Assembly (NCBI RefSeq): GCF_009914755.1
Contig: NC_060929.1
Source of the DNA: the human T2T-CHM13v2.0 reference genome, Homo sapiens
DNA length: 64,000 nt
Strand: one strand, 5' to 3'
Under the pieces are notes generated by a model, which saw only the letters and a list, made by a program, of their open reading frames with translations, made no database searches and was not told where the DNA came from. A program made the position numbers and the translations under genes. Numbering within the stretch: position 1 is the stretch's first letter; the number at the start of each line of letters is the position of its first letter. Below, piece by piece: positions 27,705 to 42,245 of this stretch.

Positions 27705-28017
27705 GGCCGGGAGCGATGGCTCATGCCTGTAATCCCAGCACTTTGGGAGACCGAGGCGAGTGGATCATGACGTCAGGAGTTCAAGACCAACCTGGCCAAC
27801 ATGGTGAAACCCCGTCTCTACTAAAAATACAAAAAAAAAAAATTAACCTGGCATAGTGGTGGGCACCTGTAGTCCCAGCTACCAGGGAGGCTGAGGCAGA
27901 GAATTGCTTGAACCCAGGAGGTGGAGGTTTCAGTAAGCCGAGATCATGCCACTGCTCTCCAGCCTGGGTGACACAGTGAGACTCTGTCTCAAAAAAAAAA
28001 AAAAAAAAAAAAAAAAA
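27705..28017 (+). mobile_element. Alu SINE, AluSg-like
   Basis: Full Alu with 27-A tail; flanking gaaaggtgg repeat. Confidence 0.95.
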
Positions 28018-28169
28018 GAAAGGTGGGCATGCTGGCCATTTTAAAGGGTTTGCTCGATGAATGCTAGAATATTGGGGATACAGAACTGGTTATGGCATCA
28101 TCAAATAATTTTACTTCAAGTTCAGGTGACGGTGGCTTCTTATATTGAGCTTAATGGGTTCCACACATG

Positions 28170-28600
28170 CAAAATTAACTCAAGTTGGTTTAATTTGAAA
28201 TGAAAATTTTATTCTGAGGGCATGGGGATTTTTCTGTGAACCCGAGTGCAGGATCATAACCATTGTACACAGGCCTCTGGAAGGTACTAGAACTAGGGAC
28301 TGGAAAATTGTACAGACTCTCCACCCTTCGTCTCTGTATTGCTGCGTTATTGTCTTCTTATGCTGCAAACTGGCTTCTCCTGCATGAGCTTATCTGATTA
28401 TGTCCAGAGTTTTCTGACCTCACATTTTCCAAGCACGCATGTTACGGTTCCAGCTACCAGAAGACAGTTAATCTTAATTACTCTCTTTTTTTTCATAGTC
28501 CCATATTTTTGGAAAAAATATTATGATCGACCTAGCTTGGGTCATGGGCTCATTCTTGTTCCAATTAAAATTTTGCATTATGGAAGCCAAGTGGTCTCGC
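28170..28600 (-). mobile_element. MLT1K-like MaLR LTR, degraded
   Basis: 'ttaactcaagttggttta', 'ctagaactagggac', 'agcttgggtcatgggctcattcttgttccaat'. Confidence 0.35.
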
Positions 28601-31272
28601 TCATGAAACTGGCATTGCAATGAATTTATATTAATTGTCTCCCCAACACATTCAACATATTTTCTACCACTTTGGAGATACACAAGAAGTGCTTGTAAAG
28701 TGAAAAGGTATAGAGACTCAATAAAGTCAAGTCCCAGTTGTGGAATGTCTGACTCCTTTCCTACTTCAACCAATTGAGCCTCTTCTTTCGGCGTCTCTTT
28801 ATTACAATGATCATTTATCATAATTGTGAGATTGCGAATTGTCACTAATCATCTCAAGGAGAGGTACAAAATTCCCCTGGAATGAATTTTAATTGAAATT
28901 TAATTTTTATCAAATCACATAAAAAACACTGGGGTATAAGAAGAAGGGGGTGAACACAGAAAGAGAGGTCATGAAATTTTACCTTGATTAAGAGTTGGAA
29001 ATTTATTCATCTATTTTTGAAGTATCTTCTTACTGGAGATAAAATTTAACTTTCCAAAATTTGGCTAATAAGGAAGCTGTACATAGAGTGCTTTTTAAAT
29101 TCTTAAAATCTGAGTTCTGTTTTAAATGGTAGGAAATTAATATGCTGCTTAAAAAAATAGGAGAACACATGGAAGGAAAACACAAGGAGATAACATGTAT
29201 CGGTGAAATCTGGATTTAAAGCCTGATATTTTGATCCAAATCTAGGCTCTGCTACTTTTATGTAATCTTGTTTTTAATGCTTTTATGTAATCTTAAGAAA
29301 AGTTTCTTTATTTGATTCCTTATCTGTAAAATAGGGATAGGTATATCTAAATAAAATGGTTGCTGTGCCGTTTAAAGAGATAGCAAATATCAAGTACCTC
29401 GTGTGTTGCAGCAATTGCAACATTTCATTCATTTGAATAAAAGGTTTCAGACACCCAGGTAAATAAATGGATGATAATACAGATAAAAGTCACGCCGGTT
29501 CATGAAATGTGAATGTGCCATGCTAGATGAATCACTTTTCATAAGTAGAGACAGTGCAACCCACCTGCAATATCTTCAGTTGTGGTGTGTGGGACACATG
29601 TCGTTCTATGTGTTCATCCCTCAGTATGTTTTGAGTTGTTGCCTCTGCTTGGTGTCATTGGTCAGTCCACCCACTAAATCAGCCTGTTACTTTAAAAAAT
29701 CCTACTGTTTCCATAAAGTGTTCTAAAGTTGTATTTGAGTCACCATAGAGAATGGCATGTTATCGTGCTGGTGAACCTAGGAAGGCATTTAATAGAATCT
29801 GACTGACATTTGATTCTGGTCTGTGCCCTTCTTTTGTTTGCACTTCCATTTGTTCTTTGGGTCCTTAGTCATTCTTCCCAGCAATCCTGACCACTTAGGG
29901 TTTCTAGCAATCTCTTTTGAGAACCAATATTAATTCATCAAGCATGCCTTTCTTTTCCATTTCCAGGGTTTAAAGAGTGTATATCTTTTGAAAGCAGGGT
30001 TTTGATGACTTCTTTGAGCCTTTATTCTTTGCCCCACAAGAGTGGCCCCTTATTTTTATAATCAAAGGTAATGAAGAAGCCAGATTCACTTTCCAGGCAG
30101 TGGTACTACAACACAAACATTTCATAGCATGAGGGATGTTAATAATTGCTTTGGGAGGGAATATTCCCCTCTCAAAAATCAGACACTATCTCTATATTCC
30201 AGGCAGTTCATCACAACTGTCTCCCGCAGAACCTTTTATCTGCATGTATGGAAGAGTTTACACTGTTGTAACATTTGATACTATGTTGGGCAACAGAGGG
30301 TAGTAGGCAAATGTGAGAGACTTTCATTTCCTTGAACCTCTGAGTGATTACAGCATTATGTTTCTGGTGAATGGCAGTGCTAATGGCCGTAAAAATATAA
30401 TGGTATACCTTAAGGGATCCTTAGGAAATGCAGGGATGCAAGTACATAATTTTGAGATTGATGTTATTGAGTTATTTTTAAATTTGCACAAAATTTTTTA
30501 TGGGGCTGTACATTTTTTAATCTTTTCTTTCATATTACCTATTGATTTACAACTAAGCTGCAATAGTAAGGACAGGCAACAAAGAGTCTTTTTAAATACA
30601 GGTTTGTATAAATGAACTCTTCAGCTATCACTCAAATTCTTACTCCTTACTTCTTGACAAACACCTTTTTCAGCCAGTGTGGGTATGAGCTTCTTTCTCT
30701 GCATGTGTATTCTTCTGGAACTTAAAACTTGAACTATCAACATTTTTGGCCATTTGATAAATGAAATATCTTTATTATCTTAAGTGCAAAATAAGATATA
30801 GAGGCATAGAGATGGAAAAGTGGTATAAGAAAATAATTTGATGTAATTGTGGCTGCTTCTAATATTCACTGACAAACCTCAATGCCAGAAATAATGGACA
30901 AAATAATAATTAGCAGCAGCAGTCAGGCAATAACTAAACACGTATTATACAGAAAGGTCAGATTTCAAACTATTGTCACAAGAGCAGTTAAATCCAAATG
31001 CATCTTCTCAAGAGATGCACAGCCTTGGCTCCTAGCCTAAGAAAATGTATCAATTTCAAATCAGTAACCTCCTAAATACAAGCAATTTATTTTGTTATAT
31101 TGTACTAGTTACTGTCCCCACTATGAATGCCTTGTTTGTGTTAATTCAACATGTTGCAAGATTTCTGGCAAAAGAAGTCCTCATCTGCTGTAAGATTCTT
31201 GGTGAGGCATGTTTGATGTGAAGCTATTTGACCAGAATTCCAAATGTCTTGCTTTTGTTATGTACATAATAG

Positions 31273-31488
31273 CAGAGGTTAGCATACTGTGGCCTGGGGG
31301 TCAAATGGAACTTGCTGGCTGTTTTTGTAAATAAAGTTTTATTGAAACACAGGCATGCCCATTCATTTCTGTATTATCTATTACTGCTTTTGGGTTACAA
31401 TGGTGGAGTTCAGTAGTAGTAACATACCTTATGATGTGCAAAAAGTTTTACTGTCTGGATCTTTACAGAAGATGTTTGTTGATCCCTG
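31273..31488 (+). mobile_element. MER58A DNA transposon
   Basis: cagaggttagcatac ... gtttgttgatccctg termini; 'gtttttgtaaataaagttttattgaaacacag...gcccattcatt'. Confidence 0.85.
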
Positions 31489-31528
31489 ACATATAGCATT
31501 GCTAGGCCTCAGCACATCCTTTCCAAAA

Positions 31529-31533
31529 GATAC

Positions 31534-31594
<61 letters not shown>

Positions 31595-31600
31595 CAGACA
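31529..31600 (+). repeat. (GATA)14(GACA)2 tetranucleotide STR
   Basis: Direct count: gata cata (gata)14 (gaca)2. Confidence 0.97.
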
Positions 31601-32200
31601 TTTTTTTTTTCAGTAGGGCATTGATTTTGATTTCACATTGTTTCAGGAGCCAACTCCTACACTCTGAGTATTATTTTAAATCTTTCAAAGAAGTTAACAA
31701 TATTTATACTTTGTTTCCTAATTAAGGAAGCAGAGCTACCTTGAAAGAGAACATTTATGTTGTATTTTTTTGACAAAGCAGGAAGAAAATACGTCACAAA
31801 ATTTGTATGAAAATTCTTATGTAAATGCTGCAAATTAACAACAGACCTGAAAGATATATTCAGGGCAGTTAACAGCTAAGAAAGACAACAATGGCTCTAA
31901 GGCCTTTTAAACATTTTTCCCATCATTTTTTTGAGATGTCTTGTAAACACACATCTATTTTTAACAAAGCTTTATTGGGCGCTCTTTAATGCTGGGTTCT
32001 GTGCCAGCTACTGGAGATTTACTGGCAAGAGGCACGGTCCCTGCCCTCACAGAAAATCTCATACACAGAGCAAAATGATCTTGTTATCATCCGTTTCTGG
32101 ATTTTGCACCTTAGTTCTTGTCTCATGTCATCATTGAAGCAAGACTTTAATGAATATTATATGCTTACTCATAATAGTAAAATAGTAGAAAATAGTGACT

Positions 32201-32225
32201 ACACACACACACACACACACACACA
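32201..32225 (+). repeat. (AC)12 microsatellite
   Basis: Direct read. Confidence 0.95.
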
Positions 32226-33039
32226 ATCAGATTCATAACAAAAATGATGAAAGTGCATTGTACTGTCAGTCCTCCCTCCCCTACCTTTTTGGCTGGGGGA
32301 TGGAGTAAAAAAGGATTTATATCACCCAGTACATTGCATTCCACTCTGAAAGTCTCCAGGGAATATCTTCCTTCTCCACTCATTCACTCTCTTCTTCTCT
32401 GGATATGCCTCTTTTACATTCTTCCCCACAAGATCTGTAAATCCTTCTGGTTTCATTCTCTGTACTTACCTACTCTCTTAAGACCCTTCTCTCTTTATTA
32501 TGCAAAGAAATTTAGAACCATCCCAGTTCTTCAACTTCTGTATCTCCACATCCATTGTTTAGGTATAAGAAACAACAGAATTCCCAGTTACTAGGATCAG
32601 GTAGTGAGATACCTGAACAAGTAGTGAGATAGTTATAAACAACTCATCTTTTTCATGTCATTTCTCCTTATCATATATGTTATCATTTCTGTGATGAACC
32701 CAATATGGTCTATTTACAATACAGGCCAAGTGCATCTAATTTAAGAATGAGTGATGTAGTTAGAACACCTCAGTTTCAGATTTTCAGTGTTAAATGGAAC
32801 TGTTTCATGCAGCAAAAGTAGAATATCAAATGGGTTATTAATATTTGTGTTTCTATGCTAAGAAAGTGCCACGCTGCTAACTCTTTAGAGCTCAGAAATA
32901 CAGCAACCTAACATGTCATTTAGAATACTGGTACTTAACTTGCACTTTAAGGATCACGAAGTAACCACTACTGTTATTGTTCATGGCCAGATGGTAGTAG
33001 TAATAATTGACATTAGTGGTGGGAGTGGTGGTGGTGATG

Positions 33040-33660
33040 GTAAAGTCCGTCACTAATTGAGCATCTATTATTAGGAGATTCACACATACCTGTTTGGCAT
33101 CCTCATAATGCCTTCAAGGTAGGTATATTATCCCCACTTTCCAGAAGTGGAAACTGAGGCCTATTTCCCTCAATTCTTCTTTGTCTCTTCATCATGATCT
33201 CTCTCTCCTGTATCCAGTGTTCATGCTATCTTAGAGGCACTCGAATATACTGGTTCCTTGATTGGATGGTGCCCTTACCCTTGATGTAGATGGTCCCACA
33301 TCAGGATTGTGATGTGGCTAGTAACTTCCTGAGGCAACTGCATTGGATTGAAGGAACTAGGTTCTTGGACAATTACAAATCCAATGGCCAAAGGGCAGGG
33401 GAGAATGCTCTAAGACTGCCGTTTTCTCTGTCGTTTCTCTTTGTAATGAAGGCAGGCCTTGGAGTTAGGCAGCTATCAGTCCCAATCTTGATGTGAGCAC
33501 TTTTTAGGCATCTGGAATTAACAACTCACTTAACCTCTCAGAACTTACATTTTCCCATCTCTAAAACACAGCTAAGAATATCTGTGTTGCAGGATGGTTC
33601 AATTAGTGATAACTTACTTTAGGAGCCTAACTCAAGGCCTGGTGACTGGCAGGCATTCAT
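33040..33660. mobile_element. Two MIR fragments in opposite orientation
   Basis: 'aggtaggtatattatccccactt...ggaaactgaggc' (minus, ~33050-33160) and 'cacttaacctctcagaacttacattttcccatctctaaaa' (plus, ~33520-33660). Confidence 0.55.
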
Positions 33661-35619
33661 GAAATTGGGAGCTTGACTTGACGATGATTTTGACTTTGAT
33701 GGTGCATCCTCTGCACACTGTGATTGTCTAGTGTGGCTTTCAATCTCATTTACAGAGAGGGGCACATTCAATGGAATGGGAAGAGGGTGTTCAATCTTTT
33801 TCTTCATTAGGTTTTGAGGCTGCAGGCTCATGGGCTTTCTCTGCTGCCTCTCCGAAAGCTCTGCATGGTGAGGAGGAGTGGGGAGGGACTGTTTTTCCGG
33901 TTATGGTAACTTAGCCAGTGCCTAAGGTACAGCCATCTGTTCAGCTTCTGATCTCAGGAGGCACATAGGAAAATGGGAGGAGAGCTGATGGGTCTGCATG
34001 TGGGGAAGGTGGAGCTGAAGAGGAACAGGCTTCAGTAAACCTCCACATTTCGTATTGAAATTTTTGCAGGAGGTGTAACCATGCTGGCTTTCTTGAATGT
34101 TAAGCAGTTTGGACTGGAGAGGGGGAAAAAAGGCATGGAATTAGATGAACTACCAATCTGATATAGATATTTGTCTTTTCATTGCTATTCAAGTAAGAAT
34201 ACACACAAACACATAAGCTTGCACTATCATGGCAAATATCTAGATTTATAAGGTACGTGTTATCCCTTTGTGGCTTTTGTTGATTTGGACTGCTAGTACG
34301 TAAAAAATGTTTTTCATTTCACAATTCATAAAATTCATAGACAGCGGATCCTGGCTCTGCTCTCACCATTTCCTGTGCAAATGGCTCCAGGGACCTTAAC
34401 AGATTCTAAAAGGCAGGAACATGTAGCTCTGAAGCTAGGGAGCAAAACACAATTGTGAATTTGCTTATTCTTTCTTGCTCTGGACATTAACCAGAGTTGG
34501 CTTTTTATCCCCAGACATGTCAGTATAATGGCACAAGGGAACAGGAAGCGAATTTCCTTTGACCTCTTATTTACTATTGCATTAAATTACTAGGCCACTA
34601 TCTCCCACTTTTGTAGATTTTAAACCAGATTTTCCTTGGTCTACCCAGCGGTCACAGGAATATTCTCTCTGTAAATATTTTGGAGTGTATCTATGCTTAG
34701 AATTACCCTTAAGTGTGTCTAAGAGGAGACTGGAAATCTTAGAGTACCAGTTTTCACACTGTGTCCATCAGGCCCTTCTTGGGGATGGAAGGAGGCAGAC
34801 AGACTCCAGCTTCATCCCCTATCTCAGCTTCTCTCTCTTTCTTTTGTGTAAGGCTCTGCATGACATTCCAATTGGTACTTTAAATATTTTTAAATGAACC
34901 ACTTTTATGCAAAAGTTCTAACACACAAGAATGGGATGCACTGTTTTCGGGTTGACTTAGTAGTTCTGCTTTTGGGAAACAGGCAAAACAGAGGAATAAA
35001 GGATAAAGGCACCGTGCATTATCCATTACATTTTCTTAAACAGAAAAGCATGTCACCTGCAATATTTAAGAAACAGGTTGGCAATTCAATTAACGTGTTA
35101 TCAGAAGGAAGACAGGTTTTGTACAACAGTTTTCTGATTGAGCTTTTAAAATATGTATTTTTGACTATAAACATGCTCATCCAATAAAACTTTTTATTAG
35201 AATTATAGAATACCTTTAACATTAGCTCAAATTAAGAAATAAGAAAGTTTGATTCACGTGTACTAACCCTTTCCCCTACTCCCTTCTAGACTATCTTCTT
35301 CAATTACTTGTCGTAATTTTTAAGTGGGGAAGAAAGGTGGTCACATCCATCCCCACTTAGATTTAACAGATTGCCTCTCAATTCACACGGGCATTTGGAA
35401 ATAGCTGGCTTTCTTGATACCATACATCCTAAAGGTGCACAGTCATTTTAGAAGACACAAATATTTAAGCACAATGAAACAATGCCTGGGGTGTGATCAA
35501 AGACCAATGATGCGAGAGATACACATTTAAACAACTCTCTGTAGTATTTGTTCTGACAGGGAAAACATGGATTTCCATTGGATGCACCTAAAATTCACCT
35601 GTGCATCCTTATTGCATCC

Positions 35620-35706
35620 ATTTACACACACATACACAAACACAAACAGGTACACAGGTACACTCATATATACAATAGCACACACACACACACTTTCACA
35701 CACATA
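35620..35706 (+). repeat. Degenerate (CA)-rich repeat
   Basis: tacacacacatacacaaacacaaacaggtacacagg...cacacacacacaca. Confidence 0.7.
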
Positions 35707-38700
35707 TCTCAAATGGGCTGTCAGTGATTAACAAGTCAACCCCCTTAAGTAGTAGGATATTCTGAGAAGTTAATCGTGAACAGTGTTACAGCTCATAGGA
35801 TTAGTTAATTAGACAAAGGCTTGCAGGCAAGATCGCTGTAGTCTGTTTTGCTAAAGTGATGGACCCCACTTAGGCAACTGATGAAGAAAGCAGTGTGAAC
35901 GCTCTTCAAGGGCGGAAATGTGGAATGTAACAGAATAAAGCCCCAGCATAGCAGTAACGAGCTGGCAGAGGTATTGCCATCCGGTGATGGCCATTTGTCA
36001 GTGGCAGAAAAGGTGGAGGCTTGGGGAAAAGATTTATAATTTTGGTTACCATCTTTCCTACTGCTTCAAGGCAATTTTAATTACTTTTTAAAAACAGTCT
36101 CTAAACTTGCATTTCCCCACATGAATTGTTGACCTTAACTTTCAAGGACAACTATGCTGACAGTGCTTACTCATCATAAGCAATAAATACATTTATTAAA
36201 AGATGGCTATTCAACTGTATTAGGATTAAGAGTAGTATCTTATTACTTTAGAATTGTCTTAAAAAATATGTTGGCAAATGTGGTTGCTTATATTGTAACT
36301 AGCTTTTTGTGATCCTTTCTAGGAGCCACCAAAGTGTTTCTTTTTCCTTTATACCAAAACTCACAAATATAAAGACTATGTTGTCCAAGCAGAGGGTTCA
36401 AATAAATAAAGAAGCCTCGCTATACAGTTGAAAGGGGTGGTAAAATAATGACAGTAATAATTTTTAAAAAGGGGTGTTTGTGTACCTAGTTTAAAATTGT
36501 AAATGACCTTCCAAATAGGTATTTATTTTCATGATGGAATTTGAGGCCAGGTATGTGGCATTGTGGGATTTTTTTAAAGTAGGCTTTGTACTTTGCTACA
36601 ACTGTCAAATCGTATGCAGCCAGAAGGAAGTAATACAGAGATATCCAATGGGCAATGACTAAAGATGCATCCCTTTAGTCAATTTCCACCAATAGCAACA
36701 TCTTGCACACTGTAGTACAATGTCACAATGAAGAGACTGACACTGATACAGCCAAGATCCAAAACATTTCCATCACAAAGTTGATTCCACATGTTGCCCA
36801 TTTATAGCTATACTGACTTCTTACACACCATCATACCCTTCATAACCCTGACAGCCACTAACCTGTCCTCTAGTTCTATAATTTTGTGATTTCCAGAATG
36901 TTATGTAAGTGGAGCCATGCCATCAAAATGTAATCTTTAGGATTGCTTTTTTCACTCAGGATTATTCTCTGATGATTCATACTGATTGTTCTGTGTATCT
37001 CTAGTGCATTCCTTTTCACTGCTAAGCAGTATTTCATGGCATGGGTATACCATAGTTTGTTTAACTAGTCACCCATTGAAGAACACTTGGGTTGTTTCCA
37101 GTTTGGGGCTAATGAGTGAATGTTTTGCTATAAATATTGGGTACAGGTTTTTGCATGAACATAAGTTTTCATTTCTCTGTGATCAACGCCCAGTAGTACA
37201 GTTACTAGGTTGTATGGCAGTTACACATTTAATTTTTCTTTTCTTTCTTTCTTTCTTTTTTTTTTTAAGAAACTAGCCAACTGCCTTCCAGAGTCACTGC
37301 ATGAGTGATCCAGTTTTTTCTCATCCTTTCTGGCAATTAGTTTTGTCATTTAAAAAAAAAGTAGCTATTATAATAGGTTTGTAGTAATGTGTCATTGTGG
37401 AATTATCTATATTTTTCATGGCTAATGATGAACATGTTTTCATATGTTTATCTGCCATTTATATATCCTATTCAGTGAAATATGACTCCATGTCTTTTGC
37501 CAATATTCTAATTGTATTGTTTAGAATTGTTTTACTGTTGAGTTTTGAGAAATATTTATATATTATCAGTATTTATCCTTTCTCAGATATATGGTTTGTA
37601 CATACATTCCTGTCTGTAGATTGTCCTTTAATCCTTTTAACAGGGTCATTTACCCTGTCAGAAGAATATATATACATATAAATATATATACACACATATA
37701 TTTATTTAAACTAAATTAAGGAGTTTTTTGTTGTTTGTTTCTTTTTCCCTGTGGGTGTTCAATTGCTCCAATACCCTTTGTTGAAAATGCTGTCTTACCT
37801 CCATTGAATTGCTTTTGCACCTTTCTTAAAAATCAGTTGGACATAGCTGTGTGGGTATGTACCTGGGTTCTCTATTGTATCCATTAATATGTGTGTCTGT
37901 TTCTCCACCAACACCACACAGTATTGATTCCTGTGGCTCTATAAGTCTTAAGATTGGATAGATTCATTCCTCCCACTTTCTTCTTTTTTAAATAATTGTT
38001 TTAGCTATTCCAGTTCTTGTGCCTTTCTATATATACTGTTAAACAAACTTATCTATATCTACAAAAAATTTTGCTAAGATTTCATAGGAATTTCATTCAA
38101 TCTGTATAACAATTTGGGGAGAATTGATATTTTAACTCTGTTGAGTCCTTCAATCCATGACACAATATGTCTCTCCATTTATTTAGATCTTCTATAATTT
38201 CTTTCATCAGTGTTGGGTAGTTTGCACCACATAATTTCTATACATGTTTTGATAGCTTTGTATCTAAGTACTTCATTTTGTTAGTGATTCTAAATGCTTT
38301 GTGTTTTGATTTCCAGTGCCCATGTGTTCATTGCTAGTGTATTGAAATGCAATTGATTTTTACATTTTTATCTTATATCCTATGACTTCGAGGAACTTGC
38401 TTATATTAGTTTCTAGGAGTTTTCTTGTAGATTCCTTGAGATTTTTCTGCAGATGCAATCATGTCATCTGTAAACAGGGAAAGTTTTATGTATTTCTTTC
38501 TGATCTATATGCTTCTTACTTTCCTTTCTTGTGTTGTTGCACCATCTAGAAGTTCCAGCACCATGTTGAACAAGACTGGTGAGAGCAGACATCATTATCT
38601 CTTTGAATTCTCAGGGGAGATACTGTGACTAGAATTTTTTTAGCCTTTTAATACAATGAATTACATTTATTGCCTTTAAAATATTGAATTCTGAGTCTTG

Positions 38701-39018
38701 CATCCTCAGAATAAATCTCTTTTGTTCATGGTGTGTAATTGTGTTTATATATTACTGATTTTTTATTTGCTATCGTAAGGATTTTTTGCATCTATATACC
38801 AAGGGAATATTGGTCTTTAGCTTTCTTTTCTTTCTTTCTTTTGCTCTTTCTTTTTGTACTATCTTTGTCTTGTTTAGTCATGAGGGTAATAAGTAGCTTC
38901 ATAAAATAATTGGAAAATGATCCCCTTCCAATTTCCTGGAAGAGATGTTGTAGAACTGGTGTCAATTCCTTTTTAAACATTTGGTAGAATTCACCAGTGA
39001 AACCAGCTGAGCCTGTTC

Positions 39019-39020
<2 letters not shown>

Positions 39021-39060
<40 letters not shown>
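39021..39060 (+). repeat. (TG)20 microsatellite
   Basis: Direct count, perfect. Confidence 0.97.
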
Positions 39061-39063
<3 letters not shown>

Positions 39064-39240
39064 CTGAGAGAGTTGTGACATTATAAATTCAATTTCATCA
39101 ATAACTATAAAGTCATTCAAATGATCTATTTAATATTTCATATGAGATGAGTTGTCATATGAAATATTTGAGTTTTTTGAGTTTTTTGAGAAGTTAGTCC
39201 ATTTGTCAAAGTTATATTGTGTATAGATCTGTTTGTAGTA

Positions 39241-39579
39241 CAATTACCTCTCAGCATCCACAGGGGATTGGTTCCGGGATGTCGCACAGATACTGAAATC
39301 CACAAATACTCAAGTCTCTTATATGAAATGGTAGATTTGCGTATAACCTATGCACATCCTTCTGTATGCTTTAAATCATCTCTAGATTACTTATAATACC
39401 TAACACAATGTAAATGCTATGTATAGTTTTGTTATACTGTATTGATTTTTATTTGTATGATTTTTTATTGTTGTATGGTTATTTTTTATTTTTCCCAAAT
39501 ATTTTTGATCCACAGTTGGTGGAATATGAGGCTGATTGAATCTGATGTGGCAAAACCCATGGATATGGTGGGCCAGCTA
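39241..39579 (+). mobile_element. MER2 (Tigger family) inserted in the L1
   Basis: TA-flanked; 'atccacaggggattggttcc', 'tttaaatcatctctagattacttataatacctaa', 'aacccatggatatggtgggccagcta'. Confidence 0.85.
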
Positions 39580-40685
39580 TATTCTCTAATTATCTTGTTC
39601 ATGTCTTCAGGGCCTGTAATGATACCTCCTGTTTTATTCCTGATGTGGATAATTTGTGTCCTCCATTTTTTCTTTGTCAGCCTTCCTAGAGGTTTGTCAT
39701 TCTTATTGATCTTTTCAAGGAAACAACTTTTTAATTGTTTTTCTCTGTTGTTTTTCTGTTTTCAGTTTCATTGATTTGGGTCTTATGTTTATTATTCCCT
39801 CCCCTTTTTTGCATTGAGTATGTCTTTTTCTTCTTATTTTTTCATTGTTTTTGAAATGGGAGCTTATATTATTGATTTGAGGCTTTTTCTGTTGTCCAGT
39901 GTATGCATTTACTTCTATAACCTTCCCTTTCATCACCGCTTTAACTGTATCCTGCAAATACTGATATTGTAGTTTCATTTTTATTCACTTTAATGTATAT
40001 TTTGATTTTTTCCTTTAGAATTTCTTTGACCCATGGATTATTTAGAAGAGTGTTGTTTACTTTTCAAGTGTGTGGAGATTTTCTTCTTATTTTCTATTAC
40101 TGATTCTAGTTTTATTCCATTGTTGTCAGGGAACATACTCTGTATGATTTCAATTCTTTAAAAATTTTTGAGGTATGTTTTATGATCCAAGATATGGTTT
40201 TATATTGATATACACTCCATGGCCACTTGAGAAAGATTTATAACCTGTTGTTGTTGGGAGGAGAATTCTGTAAACGCTGATTTATCTTGTTGGCTTATGG
40301 TGTTGTTGGGATCTTCTATATCCTTCCTGATTTTTCCACTTAAATATTCTATTAATTTTGAAGACCTGGGTGTTGAAAACTCAAATACAATTGTGCATTA
40401 AAATTTTTTTCAGTTATATCATTTTTTTGTTTCACATATTTTGCAGATATGTTTTTTGTGGTCATACATATTTAGAATTGCCATGTCCATGTCCTCTTGG
40501 AAGATTTACCCTTTTATAATGCTCCTTTCTGTCTCTAGTAATTTCTTTGCCTGTAAGGTTCACTTTATCCAATATTAGTATAGTCATTCCTCCTTTCTTT
40601 TGATTGATGTTTGCATGATACCTTTTTGTTTTGTTTTGTTTTATTTTCAATGTGCCTGGATTGTTATATATAAAATGACTTTCTT

Positions 40686-40981
40686 GGTGGAGCATGGTGG
40701 CTCATGCCTGTAATCCCAGCACTTTGGGAGGCTGAGGTGGGTAGATCTCTTGGGCCCAGGAGTTGAAGACTAGCCTTGGCAACATGGCAAAATTCCATCT
40801 CCATAAAAAATACACAAATTATCCAGGCATGGTGGCACACGCTTGTAGTCCCAGCTACTCAGGAAGTTAAGACAGGAAGATCGCTTGTGTCTGGGAAGTC
40901 AAGGCTTCAGTGAGTTGTGATTGTGCCACTGCACTCCAGCCTGGGTGACAGAATGAGACCTTGTCAAAAAATAAAATGAAA
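40686..40981 (+). mobile_element. Alu SINE, AluJ-like, inserted in the L1
   Basis: 'gggcccaggagtt', 'gatcgcttg', 'gtcaaggc', 'gagaccttgtc' J diagnostics; TSD taaaat(g/a)actttctt at 40671-40685 and 40982-40996. Confidence 0.92.
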
Positions 40982-42089
40982 TAAAATAACTTTCTTATTG
41001 ACACCATAGAGATGGGTCATGTTTTTAATTCACTTTGCCAGTCTTTGTCTTTTAATCAATATATTAAGACCATTTACATTTAAAAAAGCATTGCTATTTT
41101 AGGGCTTAAGTTTACCCTTTTATTTTTAATTTTCTTTTTGTTCTCACATTCTCTGTACTTTTCGTATCTCTGTTTTATTTTTCCCACTTCCTTATGGGTT
41201 ACTGAACGGTTTATAGGGCTCCAGTTTTACTTACCTATAGTAATTTTGAGTACATCTCTTTGTATAGCTTTTGTAGTTGCTGCATTGTACATACGTATCT
41301 TATCACAGTCTACTCCTTTCATCATTTTACTAGTTTGAATAAAGTGTGGAAGCCTTCCCTTCCTTTACATTCTCTGACCCTCCCCTATTTATAATATAAC
41401 TTATTAAATATATTCTCTACATACGTTTAGAATCATATCCCAGAGTGTTTTAATTTTTGCTTCAACTATCAAAAAATTCTTAAAAACTCAAAAGGAGAAA
41501 GTTTATTACATTTGCTCATATTTTTGCTTTCCACATTCTCGCTAACTCTTGGTATTCCAAGATTCCTCCTTTTATGGTTTCCTTTCTATTTAGAGAACTA
41601 ACTCTTTAGCTATTTTTAAAAATAGGTCTACTGTTGACCAAGTCTCTTAATTGTCCTCCATCTGATAATTTCTTGAACTTTATTTCATTCCAGAAGGATA
41701 TTTTCATTGGATGTAGGATTGTAGTTTGAAGATTCTTTTATTTCAGTACTTGAAAAATGTTTGCTACTTTCTAATGACCTCCATGGTTTCTGATAATAAG
41801 TCCACTTTCATTCAGATCATTTGCCCCTATCGATCAGTTGTATTGTTTTTTCTCACCCTTTCAATATTTTTTCACTGCCTTTAGTTTTCAGAAGTTTGAC
41901 TATGGATGCAATTGGATTTGTCCTGCATGGGACTCACTCAGCTTTTTGAATAGGTATTTTATGCCTTTTGCAAAGTTGGGATATATTCAGCTACATTTTC
42001 AGCACTTTTCCAGCCCCTCCTTCTTTCTCCTCCTGGGACTCTGATGACATGAACATTAGGTATTTTATCATCACCCTACAGGTCCCTAA

Positions 42090-42245
42090 GTTAGTTAGTT
42101 AGTTTCTTTCTTTCTATCTTTCTTCCTTCCCTTCTTCCCTTCTTCCTTTCTTTCTTTCTCTTTCTTTCCTTCCTTCCTTTCCTTCCTTCCTTCCTTCCTT
42201 CCTTCCTTCCTTCCTTCCTTCCTTCCTTCCTTCCTTCTTTCTTCT
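42090..42245 (+). repeat. (TTAG)n/(TTTC)n/(TTCC)n polypyrimidine repeat
   Basis: Direct read; long ttcc run at about 42178-42237. Confidence 0.93.
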
